IMG/VR virus record: IMGVR_UViG_3300000439_000015
Span: 21,208 to 85,207 of that record
Length of the DNA stretch: 64,000 nt
Direction: 5' to 3' (one strand)
From: a virus
Lineage: Duplodnaviria; Caudoviricetes
Position 1 is the stretch's first letter; each line of letters opens with the position of its first letter. A program made the position numbers and the translations under genes. The notes beneath the pieces were generated by a model that made no database searches, was not told the DNA's origin, and saw nothing but the letters and a program-made list of their open reading frames with translations. Shown here in pieces: positions 10,773 to 19,181 of the stretch.

Positions 10773-11113
10773 GATTCGTCCACCGCATCTTCACCCATGC
10801 CCGAAAGACGAAGGGCGACGGCAGCGATGCCTTCGATTGCGGCAGCCGACTTCGCCATGAGAGCATCACGGTCAGTAGGAAGGAATACACGCTCGCCCGA
10901 TACGGGGTCGAAGGTGCAGTGAATCACCAAGTCGGGAAGAACATCCTCTAGGGCAAAGATGCCGTTGTTCTCGTTCTGAGCCTTGCCAATCATCCGAGCA
11001 CGGTCTTTGGCGGTCATAGCCTTGACCAGAACCTCTACGCCCCATGCTGGGACGTTGTAAAGTTCCGACTGGATGTCGTCGGCAGCGAAAATCTTTTCAC
11101 TAAGGGTTGACAT
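10724..11113 (-). CDS. Tail assembly chaperone (gpG-like)
   Basis: MSTLSEKIFAADDIQSELYNVPAWGVEVLVKAMTAKDR...; lies between tail tube and tape measure and carries the slippery site. Confidence 0.88.
   Translation of the reverse strand: MSTLSEKIFAADDIQSELYNVPAWGVEVLVKAMTAKDRARMIGKAQNENNGIFALEDVLPDLVIHCTFDPVSGERVFLPTDRDALMAKSAAAIEGIAAVALRLSGMGEDAVDESGKDFSPTQSDDSSLS
10766..10772 (-). other. Programmed -1 ribosomal frameshift slippery heptamer G GGA AAA
   Basis: Canonical X XXY YYZ heptamer in frame (TCG GGA AAA GAC) near the 3' end of the chaperone ORF. Confidence 0.85.
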
Positions 11114-11168
11114 TATTCTCCTGTTCGTTGTGGGCAAAACCCACCTACAGGATAGCCTACTCTATGGA

Positions 11169-11930
11169 TTAGATAAGCGAGCGAGAGACGACACCCGTGA
11201 CCTGAAGTTCAGCGTCAAAGGTGACTACGCCCGAAACCGTTGACTTCAGGTCGTACTTCGTCAAGATGCCCTGACCGTAGTATTTCACTGAGGCAGCGCC
11301 ACCAGCAAAGGCACCTGGGTCGGTGGGGCCGTAGACGAAGGAGATGAACTGACCAGCGGTGTTCTGGTAGTTCAGAGCCGACTGCATTGCAGCGTCAAGA
11401 CCAGTAAGGCCGAAGATGGTCGAAGCCGAATCGTAGTGACCAGAGAAGGTGACCGTGTAGTCCTTCAGACCGACGATGAACGACTTGACACCAGAGGCGT
11501 TGAACGAGGTCGTCTCTTCGGCAGCAATGGCAGTTGGGAAGTCCACGTCGTTGATGTATGGTGAAATGTTCCACATTGGAAGCAAGTAGCCCGTACCCGA
11601 AGTCGCACCTGCGGCGATGGTAGCGACGGAGAAGATGCTCGTGCTCGACGTGGTGGGCTGGGTCGCCGTAAGCAGCGGAACGGTCAACGAAGGCAGGGGT
11701 GAAAGGTTCTGGCTGTTGGCGGCGTTGGCGAAGAAACCGTAGTACGACGTACCCGACGAGTTGGTGTACAGAACGTTGTCTGAGGCAAGGAGCGAACCAG
11801 TCGTAACCAACGTACCAGCAGTACCCGTGAACGTCGTGGTGCTCATGGACGTGTAGGTGTTGATGGGCGTGGTTGCGTTCTCGAATCCGAGGGCGAGAAA
11901 GGCATTCTTACCGTGCTGGAAAGTTGGCAT
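11169..11930 (-). CDS. Tail tube (major tail) protein paralogue 2
   Basis: MPTFQHGKNA...ISPYINDVDFPTAIAAEETTSFNASGVKSFIVGLKDYTVTFSGHYD...YYGQGILTKYDLKSTVSGVVTFDAELQVTG, a siphophage tail-tube pattern. Confidence 0.85.
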   Translation of the reverse strand: MPTFQHGKNAFLALGFENATTPINTYTSMSTTTFTGTAGTLVTTGSLLASDNVLYTNSSGTSYYGFFANAANSQNLSPLPSLTVPLLTATQPTTSSTSIFSVATIAAGATSGTGYLLPMWNISPYINDVDFPTAIAAEETTSFNASGVKSFIVGLKDYTVTFSGHYDSASTIFGLTGLDAAMQSALNYQNTAGQFISFVYGPTDPGAFAGGAASVKYYGQGILTKYDLKSTVSGVVTFDAELQVTGVVSRSLI

Positions 11931-11939
11931 TGTTACTCC

Positions 11940-12959
11940 TTAGTAACGGGCGAACCCGTAATAGACCACCGCTGAGGGGCTTGTGCCGCCCAGCGTTACT
12001 GCGAGCCGTGTGTACGAATAAATCGTACCAGTCAAAATCTGAATGCTTGAACCTAGCGAGGTCAAGGCGACACCCTCAGGGCCACCAGTGGCAGGAACCC
12101 ATGAACTACCCGTTTGTGAGTGCTGCAACTGCACTGAAATCGTTGGCGACGTGCCGTTCAGGGTCAAAACGCCTAAGTGCAACTGACCACCGTTCGAGGA
12201 ACCCGTGCCTGAAGAGGTGAGTGAGGCAGCCGTGTAGAACGTACCTGCGCCGTTCAGCACGGTGGCAGGAAGGTACTGACCCACGCCGTTCCACACACCG
12301 CCGTCGGCGGTGGCTTCCATGTCAATGGCGACAACGCCAGCGACAGGCGACTTGATGTCGTACTTGGTTTCCACCACCTGAGCCAAGTGGCAGCGGAAGT
12401 CAGGGCCACCAGTGGCGGTAGCCGTTCCACCATCGGGGAAGATGAGGAATCCGTCGTCATTGTTGCCTTGGAAGGCGGCACCAAAGGCGTTCTCAACACC
12501 GCCAAGCGACTGCTCGAACATGCCCGACATGCTTAGGGAGCCTTCACGCAGGCCCTGAATGAACGACTTGACACCGTTGGTTTGGAACGCAGTCGTCTCC
12601 GTGGCTTCGATGCCTCGTGAGATTGATACGTCGTTGAAGTACTGGGAGAGGTCTGCACCGTAGCCAGCAGGAGCGGTGACGGCGATGGGAACCGTACCGC
12701 TGATGTCGGTTCTTGTGGTCGTACCGCTGATGGTGATGGTCTGGCTCGTGAGCGAGTTTGAGACTGCCGTGATGGTGCTCGAAGGAACTCCAGCAGCCGT
12801 TGCAGCCACGGTCATGCCGACGTAGAGGGGGGCGTTCGTCGCTTCGATGATGGTGATGGTGCTCGACGACGTGGCCCAAGTGCCGTTGACGGTAGCCGAG
12901 GTGAACGTGGGGTTCGAGAAGAGTACTCGTGTGTTCTTACCAATCATGAAAGTAGCCAT
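11940..12959 (-). CDS. Tail tube-like protein paralogue 1 with extra domains
   Basis: LSQYFNDVSISRGIEATETTAFQTNGVKSFIQGLREGSLSMSGMFE aligns with paralogue 2; has an N-terminal insert and a C-terminal beta-rich domain. Confidence 0.75.
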   Translation of the reverse strand: MATFMIGKNTRVLFSNPTFTSATVNGTWATSSSTITIIEATNAPLYVGMTVAATAAGVPSSTITAVSNSLTSQTITISGTTTRTDISGTVPIAVTAPAGYGADLSQYFNDVSISRGIEATETTAFQTNGVKSFIQGLREGSLSMSGMFEQSLGGVENAFGAAFQGNNDDGFLIFPDGGTATATGGPDFRCHLAQVVETKYDIKSPVAGVVAIDMEATADGGVWNGVGQYLPATVLNGAGTFYTAASLTSSGTGSSNGGQLHLGVLTLNGTSPTISVQLQHSQTGSSWVPATGGPEGVALTSLGSSIQILTGTIYSYTRLAVTLGGTSPSAVVYYGFARY

Positions 12960-13201
12960 TAGTTGCTCTCTTCAGTCGTGTTTTCGGCAGGTACCGAGGT
13001 ATCGGCAACAGGCTCAGGAGCCGTCACAGGGGCTTCTGGCGTGGCTGCTGATGCGCTTACGGCGACAATCCAGCCATCGGCAAGCAACCAAGCGATGTCC
13101 TCGCCTGGGAAATCGGAGATGATGGAACCAACCGTGGCAACCTTGCCGTTGTAAGCAATGTCGGCGTTGGTGACTTGATACGACTGGGTAGCCTTAGCCA
13201 T
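12959..13201 (-). CDS. Small hypothetical virion-associated protein
   Basis: MAKATQSYQVTNADIAYNGKVATVGSIISDF..., with an Ala/Pro/Glu-rich tail; operonic. Confidence 0.6.
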   Translation of the reverse strand: MAKATQSYQVTNADIAYNGKVATVGSIISDFPGEDIAWLLADGWIVAVSASAATPEAPVTAPEPVADTSVPAENTTEESN

Positions 13202-13254
13202 GAGTGCCTTTCGGGACGTTCCTACGGAAAATCGTACCACTCGTATTGGAAATG

Positions 13255-13533
13255 TCAGTCTGCTTCAGACTTCCGTCGCTTCTTGGCGTGTGGCTTGCTG
13301 ACCCTGTTGGGATAGAAGGCTCGCATAGTGACGTGCCCGTAGACACCGCCGTGGACGATGATGCTGATGGCCTCACCGTCAATGACGTGGGCCGAGATGA
13401 ACTTGAAGTCCCCTCGTTCACCACTGATGACGATGGGGTCGTCCTTCACAAACCCGTTCCATTCCTCGACGGCGACCCACTTGTGGGCAATCGTCGTGGG
13501 CGCTGATGCTGATGTGATGGTTCTTTTAGCCAT
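13255..13533 (-). CDS. Hypothetical protein
   Basis: 92-aa ORF in operon orientation with a basic C-terminus. Confidence 0.6.
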   Translation of the reverse strand: MAKRTITSASAPTTIAHKWVAVEEWNGFVKDDPIVISGERGDFKFISAHVIDGEAISIIVHGGVYGHVTMRAFYPNRVSKPHAKKRRKSEAD

Positions 13534-13718
13534 AGTTAGAATCCCCCCAGCAGACGGACGAGGGCAGGTGGAGCAGGAGTGTTGCTGGTCTTGGGTCGAG
13601 CAACCCTTGCGGCTGGCTTTACCGACTTCTTAGCGGCACCCTTGTTGTTCTTGGTCTTGTCGTTATTCATAGTTGCTCCTATCAGTGGGAAAATCGCAGC
13701 GGCTAACTGCGTCTACTT

Positions 13719-13747
13719 ATTGTACAGTATGGCTGTGACAAAAGCAA
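13719..13747 (-). promoter_or_regulatory. Sigma70-type promoter with TGTCACA box in spacer
   Basis: Minus strand TTGCTT-ttgtcacagccatactg(17)-TACAAT. Confidence 0.5.
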
Positions 13748-13754
13748 GAATCTA

Positions 13755-14021
13755 TTATTCTTCTATCTGTTCACCACACTCGCACACTTTGTACGAACCC
13801 GACATCGTGGAAACCAACATAGCATTCTCATGAGCGCAGCCGACTGGTACCACTTCCTGCACAGATTCCTGCACGGGTTCAGGTGATTCCAAAACAGGCT
13901 CGTCCTCAATCATGATGAGCAACTGCTCGGCGGCACGGATGGCGTGCAGGGCTGCTTCGTTCGCCAGCCGTGCTGAACGTAGGGCGAGCATTATGGGATT
14001 TGGCACATACTCACTAGACAT
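13755..14021 (-). CDS. Hypothetical protein with C-terminal Cys/His motif
   Basis: 88 aa; ends GCAHENA...KVCECGEQ; overlaps the upstream stop. Confidence 0.6.
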   Translation of the reverse strand: MSSEYVPNPIMLALRSARLANEAALHAIRAAEQLLIMIEDEPVLESPEPVQESVQEVVPVGCAHENAMLVSTMSGSYKVCECGEQIEE

Positions 14022-14457
14022 TTGGAACTCCGTTTGTTGCGTTGGTTGTCATGATGAAGTTCATGGTGAACTTGGGGCGCTCGACCTCATCAGGGCCGAG
14101 GTAGTTCGGGATGCCTTCGGTGGCGATGCGGACGCAGTAGGGGAAGTAGGTGGAATCGGGGACGACGTGGCCTGCAAAGACGTTGCGAATGGCGACTGCC
14201 CATGCGTAGGTGTTCGGGTAGTCCTCAGGGATGCCACGGACGGAGATTTGGATTCGAGGAAACTCCAACGCCGAGATGTTCGGCCCCATGGTGAAGTTCG
14301 GCTCCTGACCGAGGTACTCGTAGACGGCGACGGTCTGGTTCGGCGCTTCAGCAGGGATGCGGCCCAGAAAGAGGTTCACGCCAAGGGTGAGGTTGCCGTA
14401 TGAGGTGGAAAGGTTCTGGCTGCTAAGGAACCGTCCGATGTCATCAAGTATTGCCAT
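14014..14457 (-). CDS. Tail terminator / minor capsid-type head-tail joining protein
   Basis: LFLGRIPAEAPNQTVAVYEYLG...EFPRIQISVRG...ERPKFTMNF; position upstream of the tail tubes. Confidence 0.75.
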   Translation of the reverse strand: MAILDDIGRFLSSQNLSTSYGNLTLGVNLFLGRIPAEAPNQTVAVYEYLGQEPNFTMGPNISALEFPRIQISVRGIPEDYPNTYAWAVAIRNVFAGHVVPDSTYFPYCVRIATEGIPNYLGPDEVERPKFTMNFIMTTNATNGVPNV

Positions 14458-14876
14458 TAGTGCTTCCATCCCATGAGTGCGCCCTTTATCGTAGCCTTCT
14501 TTATGGCTTCCATCAACTTCGCCTCAGACTGCGCCAGTGGTGTTTCTAGGAACTTCGCCTGCGTCGGGGCTTCGTGACGTGCTTCGAGGTTTTCGTGGAC
14601 GTAGAGGGCGTAGTCAACGTCGGCGTTGCCGTAGTTGATGTACGCCTGCGGCTTCTCGTAGTTTGCCATTACCGACTTTGCTGGAATGAACACGCCAGAT
14701 GCTTTCAGAGCGCCCGTGTCCACGGGGACAAGTTCTTGGCTCTTGGCGAACACGCCGCTCATCACCTCGTTGATTGCGAGGGCCACATGCTTGTTGATGC
14801 TGCGTCGGATGATTGCCGGAACGGGAAGGGTGCTGGGGTCAATCTTGAAACGGGCGAACGGGCGACTGCGAGGCAT
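14457..14876 (-). CDS. HK97 gp10-like neck/tail completion protein
   Basis: SQELVPVDTGALKASG...DYALYVHENLEARH...QAKFLETP. Confidence 0.85.
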   Translation of the reverse strand: MPRSRPFARFKIDPSTLPVPAIIRRSINKHVALAINEVMSGVFAKSQELVPVDTGALKASGVFIPAKSVMANYEKPQAYINYGNADVDYALYVHENLEARHEAPTQAKFLETPLAQSEAKLMEAIKKATIKGALMGWKH

Positions 14877-14883
14877 TATTTCA

Positions 14884-15354
14884 CTACTCGAAGTGCAGGA
14901 CAGTGTTGTAGCCAATCAAGCCGTTCTCGTCGTAGTTGTTCTCAACGAACATGATGATGGGGTGCTGCTGCGCAGGATTAGTGACATTTGGAAGGGTCAC
15001 ACGGCTTTCGGTGCTGATGCCCAAGTAGAACCCGTTGAGGTACGCACGGCCCGAACTAACGAGGTCACGTCCATTGATGGTCGCCAACACTTTGGTCTGG
15101 TACTCCAAGCGACAGAGGTACTGCGTCGCCGCTCCGTATTCCACCGTCGAACTAGAGTTGCCCGATGAGTTCACAAAGTGCCGCCCGTAACCGTCCAGCG
15201 TTGCCGTCGGATTTGACGGGTTGTAGTTCGGGTTGGCGATGACATTCTCGATAAGAATAGGCTGGTTCATCAGGGCTAATAGGTCAGCGTCAATGCCCGT
15301 GGCGGCTATTCCACCAAGTCCATTGGGTTCTTCATAGCCGTAGTAAATCGTCAT
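14884..15354 (-). CDS. Head closure / head-tail joining protein
   Basis: Position between adaptor and gp10-like gene; beta-rich (YLCRLEYQTKVLATINGRDLVSSGRAYL). Confidence 0.6.
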   Translation of the reverse strand: MTIYYGYEEPNGLGGIAATGIDADLLALMNQPILIENVIANPNYNPSNPTATLDGYGRHFVNSSGNSSSTVEYGAATQYLCRLEYQTKVLATINGRDLVSSGRAYLNGFYLGISTESRVTLPNVTNPAQQHPIIMFVENNYDENGLIGYNTVLHFE

Positions 15355-15866
15355 TACGGAACTTCCTCAACGATTTGACCAGTCTCAGCCGAGTACTCTC
15401 CTGCGTAGTCGGGCGAGTAGCCCGTGCCATACGTCGTGGTGGTACCAAGGACGGAGCCAGAAGGCCACGCATTTGGAACGGCGTAGTAGGGGTCGAACTC
15501 GCCAACCTTCAGTTCCGCACCCAGTGCGTTGGGGTCTGCTGAAACCGATGGTGGGTTGACACGACGACCACGGAGCAACAAGTCCTTGGCGAGACGTTCG
15601 TAGCGTTGCGCACGGTCACCGTAGGACTTGCTGATGTCCAGTCCGCCGACGCTCTTGCTCTCGCTCTGAGCGAGGCCCGTGAACTGCGCTGCGAGGTTGT
15701 AGCAGACGTTTGAGGCGGCTCGGTAGAGGTTCTGGTTCACCTCTGCCAAGCAGAAGTAGATTTCCTCGTCCTGAATCAAGGGATTCGCCTCGACGGTATC
15801 ACCAATCATGAAGCGAACTTGGTCTTTGAGGGAACTGTTCGGATTGCCTGAGTAAGTCCATCCCAT
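15354..15866 (-). CDS. Head-to-tail adaptor (connector) protein
   Basis: MGWTYSGNPNSSLKDQVRFMIGDTVEANPLIQDEEIYF..., a pattern typical of adaptor proteins. Confidence 0.75.
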   Translation of the reverse strand: MGWTYSGNPNSSLKDQVRFMIGDTVEANPLIQDEEIYFCLAEVNQNLYRAASNVCYNLAAQFTGLAQSESKSVGGLDISKSYGDRAQRYERLAKDLLLRGRRVNPPSVSADPNALGAELKVGEFDPYYAVPNAWPSGSVLGTTTTYGTGYSPDYAGEYSAETGQIVEEVP

Positions 15867-16219
15867 TATTGGAGCACGCTTTCATCAATGACGAGCGTGC
15901 CCGTGAGTACACGAGATGCGCCGTTCGAGGTTTGTGTTGCGGTGATTTGGAAGCGCCAACGCCCTGCCGACAAGGACGAGAGTTCGCCAACGGCCCAGTT
16001 GACAGTCAAGTTTGGCTGCCCCACAGTAGGTGGAACAGTCGAGTTGGTCACGAAGTAGGTCTGGTTGGTCTTGGTAATCGTGGCACCGTTGGGTGGCTGA
16101 CCAATCGTCATTTTGAACGTCCATCCGCTACTGAAATCCAGTAGTGCACCGCTTGCGTCGAACCATTGGAATGCTGCGGCTGGCAGGCTTGCGGCAGGGG
16201 TGGGGTAATGAATGGTCAT
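15866..16219 (-). CDS. Small beta-sandwich virion protein (BppU N-terminal-like)
   Basis: FQWFDASGALLDFSSGWTFKMTI...GRWRFQITAT...RVLTGTLVIDE. Confidence 0.5.
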   Translation of the reverse strand: MTIHYPTPAASLPAAAFQWFDASGALLDFSSGWTFKMTIGQPPNGATITKTNQTYFVTNSTVPPTVGQPNLTVNWAVGELSSLSAGRWRFQITATQTSNGASRVLTGTLVIDESVLQ

Positions 16220-16249
16220 TGCTTTCCTTTGGCGACTAAAGAGGTGAAA

Positions 16250-17905
16250 CTACTGTCCGTCCTCATACGATGATACCCCGTCCTCTCGGAATCCCTCTGC
16301 CGTGTTTTGGGTGGTGAACGACTGCTGGTTGGGGTTGACGAACGTCTCGGCGGTGTTCTCGGTGTAGAACGGATTTGGGTTCTTGAAACCGAACAGGCTG
16401 GTGATTGCTGCCGAGTACTTGAAGTACGTCGCTATGGCCTTGGTCGCTTGGCGAAGCGCAGCGGAGCCAGTTCGGACGGCACTTACCGCACGGTAACCAA
16501 CGGTTGATTCCACCAGAGCGGAGTAAGCAGCGCCGAAGAACGAGGTAGACTTGACAACCTCAGTCTTTTGTGTGAGCGTGGTTTCGCTCGTTTTGGAAGT
16601 GCCGTATGACTTGGTTGCCACTGTCTTTTCCACCTCGGCGGCTTGTGCGGCGGCGAAGTATTGAGCGGACTTGGCTGCTTCGGTTGATTCCACCAACGCC
16701 GTTTCGTTTGTTTTGGTTACGCCACGAGATTTGGAACCGACAGTACTTTCGGTCAATGGTGTTTCACTTGTTTCAGATACGGTGCGTGACTTGGTGGCGT
16801 TAGTTGCCTGCGTCTCCGACGTGGCCCCATTCTTTACCGACGAGTAAGCCTTGCCATTCTCCTGCGACAGGATTTCACTGGCCTCAGAAGTGCGTGGGAA
16901 GTTTGCAGCACGGGCAACTTCTTGGCCTTCGACGAGGTACGGTTCAGCATCAACTGCGCTGTAGCCGTGGGCTTGTGCGCCAGCCGTTGCCTCTGTGCTG
17001 ATGCCCCTGTACAAGACGACACTGTTGTCCTTGTAGTCGCCGTAGAAACCCGCCAAAGTCCACGTTGACTGTCCATTGACGGTTGGAACGGGGGAAGCAA
17101 GGTAGTAGGTGGTGAACGGGTCGCCTGTGTGAATGAGTGTTGAAGATGTAACTTTCACAACGGGGATGTCAACGTATGCGTTGCCGTTTGAGAATCGAAT
17201 GACCTTCCCGTAGTAATCACCTATAACGAAAGAGGCGTAAGCGTCAAACTGCGTTGCGCCACTAGTAACAACCCCACTAAGGGCAGTCCCACCAACGGCG
17301 CTTGAATAAATGGCTTCTAGGTCTACCGAGCGGTTGTTGTCTGTCACGACGTAGCCGTGCTGATTAGCAGTCTCGACATTTGGAAGTTCGCTACTTTGCG
17401 AACTCTTGACACTGGCGTAGATGCGACCAGAAGTTGATTTTTCCACCAAAGCGGAAATAGCAGAACGGATAATGCCAACAACTTTGACGGCGTTTGTTGA
17501 CTGCCCCCCAAGCGTTTGCGATGTCTTGTTGTACGCACGCTGGTTGGCAACCTCTGTGGTGAAAACCGTGGCATTGGCGTTGGTTTTTGCGGACGACACC
17601 GCACGCTCGGCGTTGGTGTTGCTCGCCTCTGCACCCCGACCAATCTTTGATGACGAAACAGACTTTTCACCATTGGTCGCCTCTAGCAGTACCGTTGTCA
17701 ATCCAGTCTCATTACGGGTCTGTGACTTGGTAGTGACGGTGTATTGGCGTTCAGCGGCGACGGATGCCTTGTTGCTCTCTGAAGCCTTTTCAGCGTTGGT
17801 CTTTTGCGATTGGTTATTCTCGCTCGCACCGCTCAGGAAGCGCCCTGCGAAATCGTACTGTCCGCCGTTGAAGAAGGCTTGGCTGTACTTGACACCCCTT
17901 GACAT
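16250..17905 (-). CDS. Thr/Ser/Ala-rich putative virion protein with ~20-aa internal repeats
   Basis: 551 aa; repeated ...KTSETxLVEST... units. Confidence 0.6.
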   Translation of the reverse strand: MSRGVKYSQAFFNGGQYDFAGRFLSGASENNQSQKTNAEKASESNKASVAAERQYTVTTKSQTRNETGLTTVLLEATNGEKSVSSSKIGRGAEASNTNAERAVSSAKTNANATVFTTEVANQRAYNKTSQTLGGQSTNAVKVVGIIRSAISALVEKSTSGRIYASVKSSQSSELPNVETANQHGYVVTDNNRSVDLEAIYSSAVGGTALSGVVTSGATQFDAYASFVIGDYYGKVIRFSNGNAYVDIPVVKVTSSTLIHTGDPFTTYYLASPVPTVNGQSTWTLAGFYGDYKDNSVVLYRGISTEATAGAQAHGYSAVDAEPYLVEGQEVARAANFPRTSEASEILSQENGKAYSSVKNGATSETQATNATKSRTVSETSETPLTESTVGSKSRGVTKTNETALVESTEAAKSAQYFAAAQAAEVEKTVATKSYGTSKTSETTLTQKTEVVKSTSFFGAAYSALVESTVGYRAVSAVRTGSAALRQATKAIATYFKYSAAITSLFGFKNPNPFYTENTAETFVNPNQQSFTTQNTAEGFREDGVSSYEDGQ

Positions 17906-17925
17906 TTCACCTTCTACATGGTCGC

Positions 17926-19173
17926 TCAGATACTAAGAATACCACCGAAGCGTTCGCTGTCCTCTTTGAGGGCAATGAGGTTGGCTTGGACGTAACTGAT
18001 GTTCTGCTGCTGATGCCACTCGCTGGGGAAGTAGGTGCGCAAGCGAGAGACTTGGAACTTGGCGGTGATGGATGGGACGAAGCGGCGGTAGTTGGCATCT
18101 GTCCAATACCAATGGCTCTGCTCAACGTAGTACGAGATGTGCGTCGGGTCTTGAAACGCTCCTACGCCAGTGGCGCTAGGGGTCAGGCTAAGCACCATTC
18201 CACCACTTGCCAGTACACGGTGCATTTCGTTCCAAATCTCAACCTTGCGCATTGGGTCGAGGTGTTCGAGGAAGTCGCTGGCACGGAGTACGCCTACCGA
18301 GTTGTCGGGGCAAGCGCCGAGGATGTCAAACACATCACCAACGTGGTCGGCAGGCTCATTGATGTCTACTGTCTGGTAGCCGCTGGCTGGGTTGTGTGCA
18401 CCGCCGAGGTCGAAGGCAAACAGGTTGTTGTCCTTGGCCCATTTCACCATCATGTCCGAGATGAACCGTTCGTATAACTGCTGTGTTCCGTCTTGGATTG
18501 CTGGGTTGATGTCGGCTTGCGCCTGCGTCTGTCCAGCGTGCACCCGTTGCAGGTAGAGGTTCTTGGGTATGTGGTGAAATGACGTGATTTGGTACATGCG
18601 GCACATCAGGTCTTGGTCATCGAGCACGACGAAGGTGTCGTTGTAGCCGCCCACCGCTTCGTAAACGCTCTTGCGCCACGCCCTGAGGTGATTTGGTGCG
18701 TACCAGATGTATGCGACGTGATGGGGGTGTGGGGACTTTGATTGCACCACTTGGTAGTTGCGGTCTGCGTAGTACGACCACCCGTAGTTGTCATCAAACC
18801 GAGAGTAGTTCGGTGTTCCGTCCTCGTTGATTTGCGAGAAGTCGGAGTAGACGAAGCCAACGTCGGGCATTTCACCAAATGCCTTGACCACCTCGTCAAG
18901 CGCCGACGGCAGAAGAAGGTCGTCGTGGTCGAGTTCCAAGATGATGTCGCCGTTGCACAACTCCACCGCACGTTTTTTCAGTGCGCCCACGCCCTTGACA
19001 TTTGGATTTGCGTGTGAAACTCTGACACGGCTGTCGTCGGGCATGTCCCACTCTGCGCCATTGTTCAGCAACACCACCCATTCCCAGTCGGGATTCGTCT
19101 GCGCTTTGAGGCTGTCGTACACTTCATCTAGCCACTTTGGATTGTGGCTGGGCGTGAACACTGAAATCGTCAT
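17926..19173 (-). CDS. GT2-family glycosyltransferase fused to SAM-dependent methyltransferase-like domain
   Basis: N-terminal ISVFTPSHN...EWVVLLNNG, ELDHDD (DxD), DDQDL; C-terminal FDLGGAHNP...SDFLEHL...RVLASGG...AFQDPTH. Confidence 0.85.
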   Translation of the reverse strand: MTISVFTPSHNPKWLDEVYDSLKAQTNPDWEWVVLLNNGAEWDMPDDSRVRVSHANPNVKGVGALKKRAVELCNGDIILELDHDDLLLPSALDEVVKAFGEMPDVGFVYSDFSQINEDGTPNYSRFDDNYGWSYYADRNYQVVQSKSPHPHHVAYIWYAPNHLRAWRKSVYEAVGGYNDTFVVLDDQDLMCRMYQITSFHHIPKNLYLQRVHAGQTQAQADINPAIQDGTQQLYERFISDMMVKWAKDNNLFAFDLGGAHNPASGYQTVDINEPADHVGDVFDILGACPDNSVGVLRASDFLEHLDPMRKVEIWNEMHRVLASGGMVLSLTPSATGVGAFQDPTHISYYVEQSHWYWTDANYRRFVPSITAKFQVSRLRTYFPSEWHQQQNISYVQANLIALKEDSERFGGILSI

Positions 19174-19181
19174 GGAGACGA

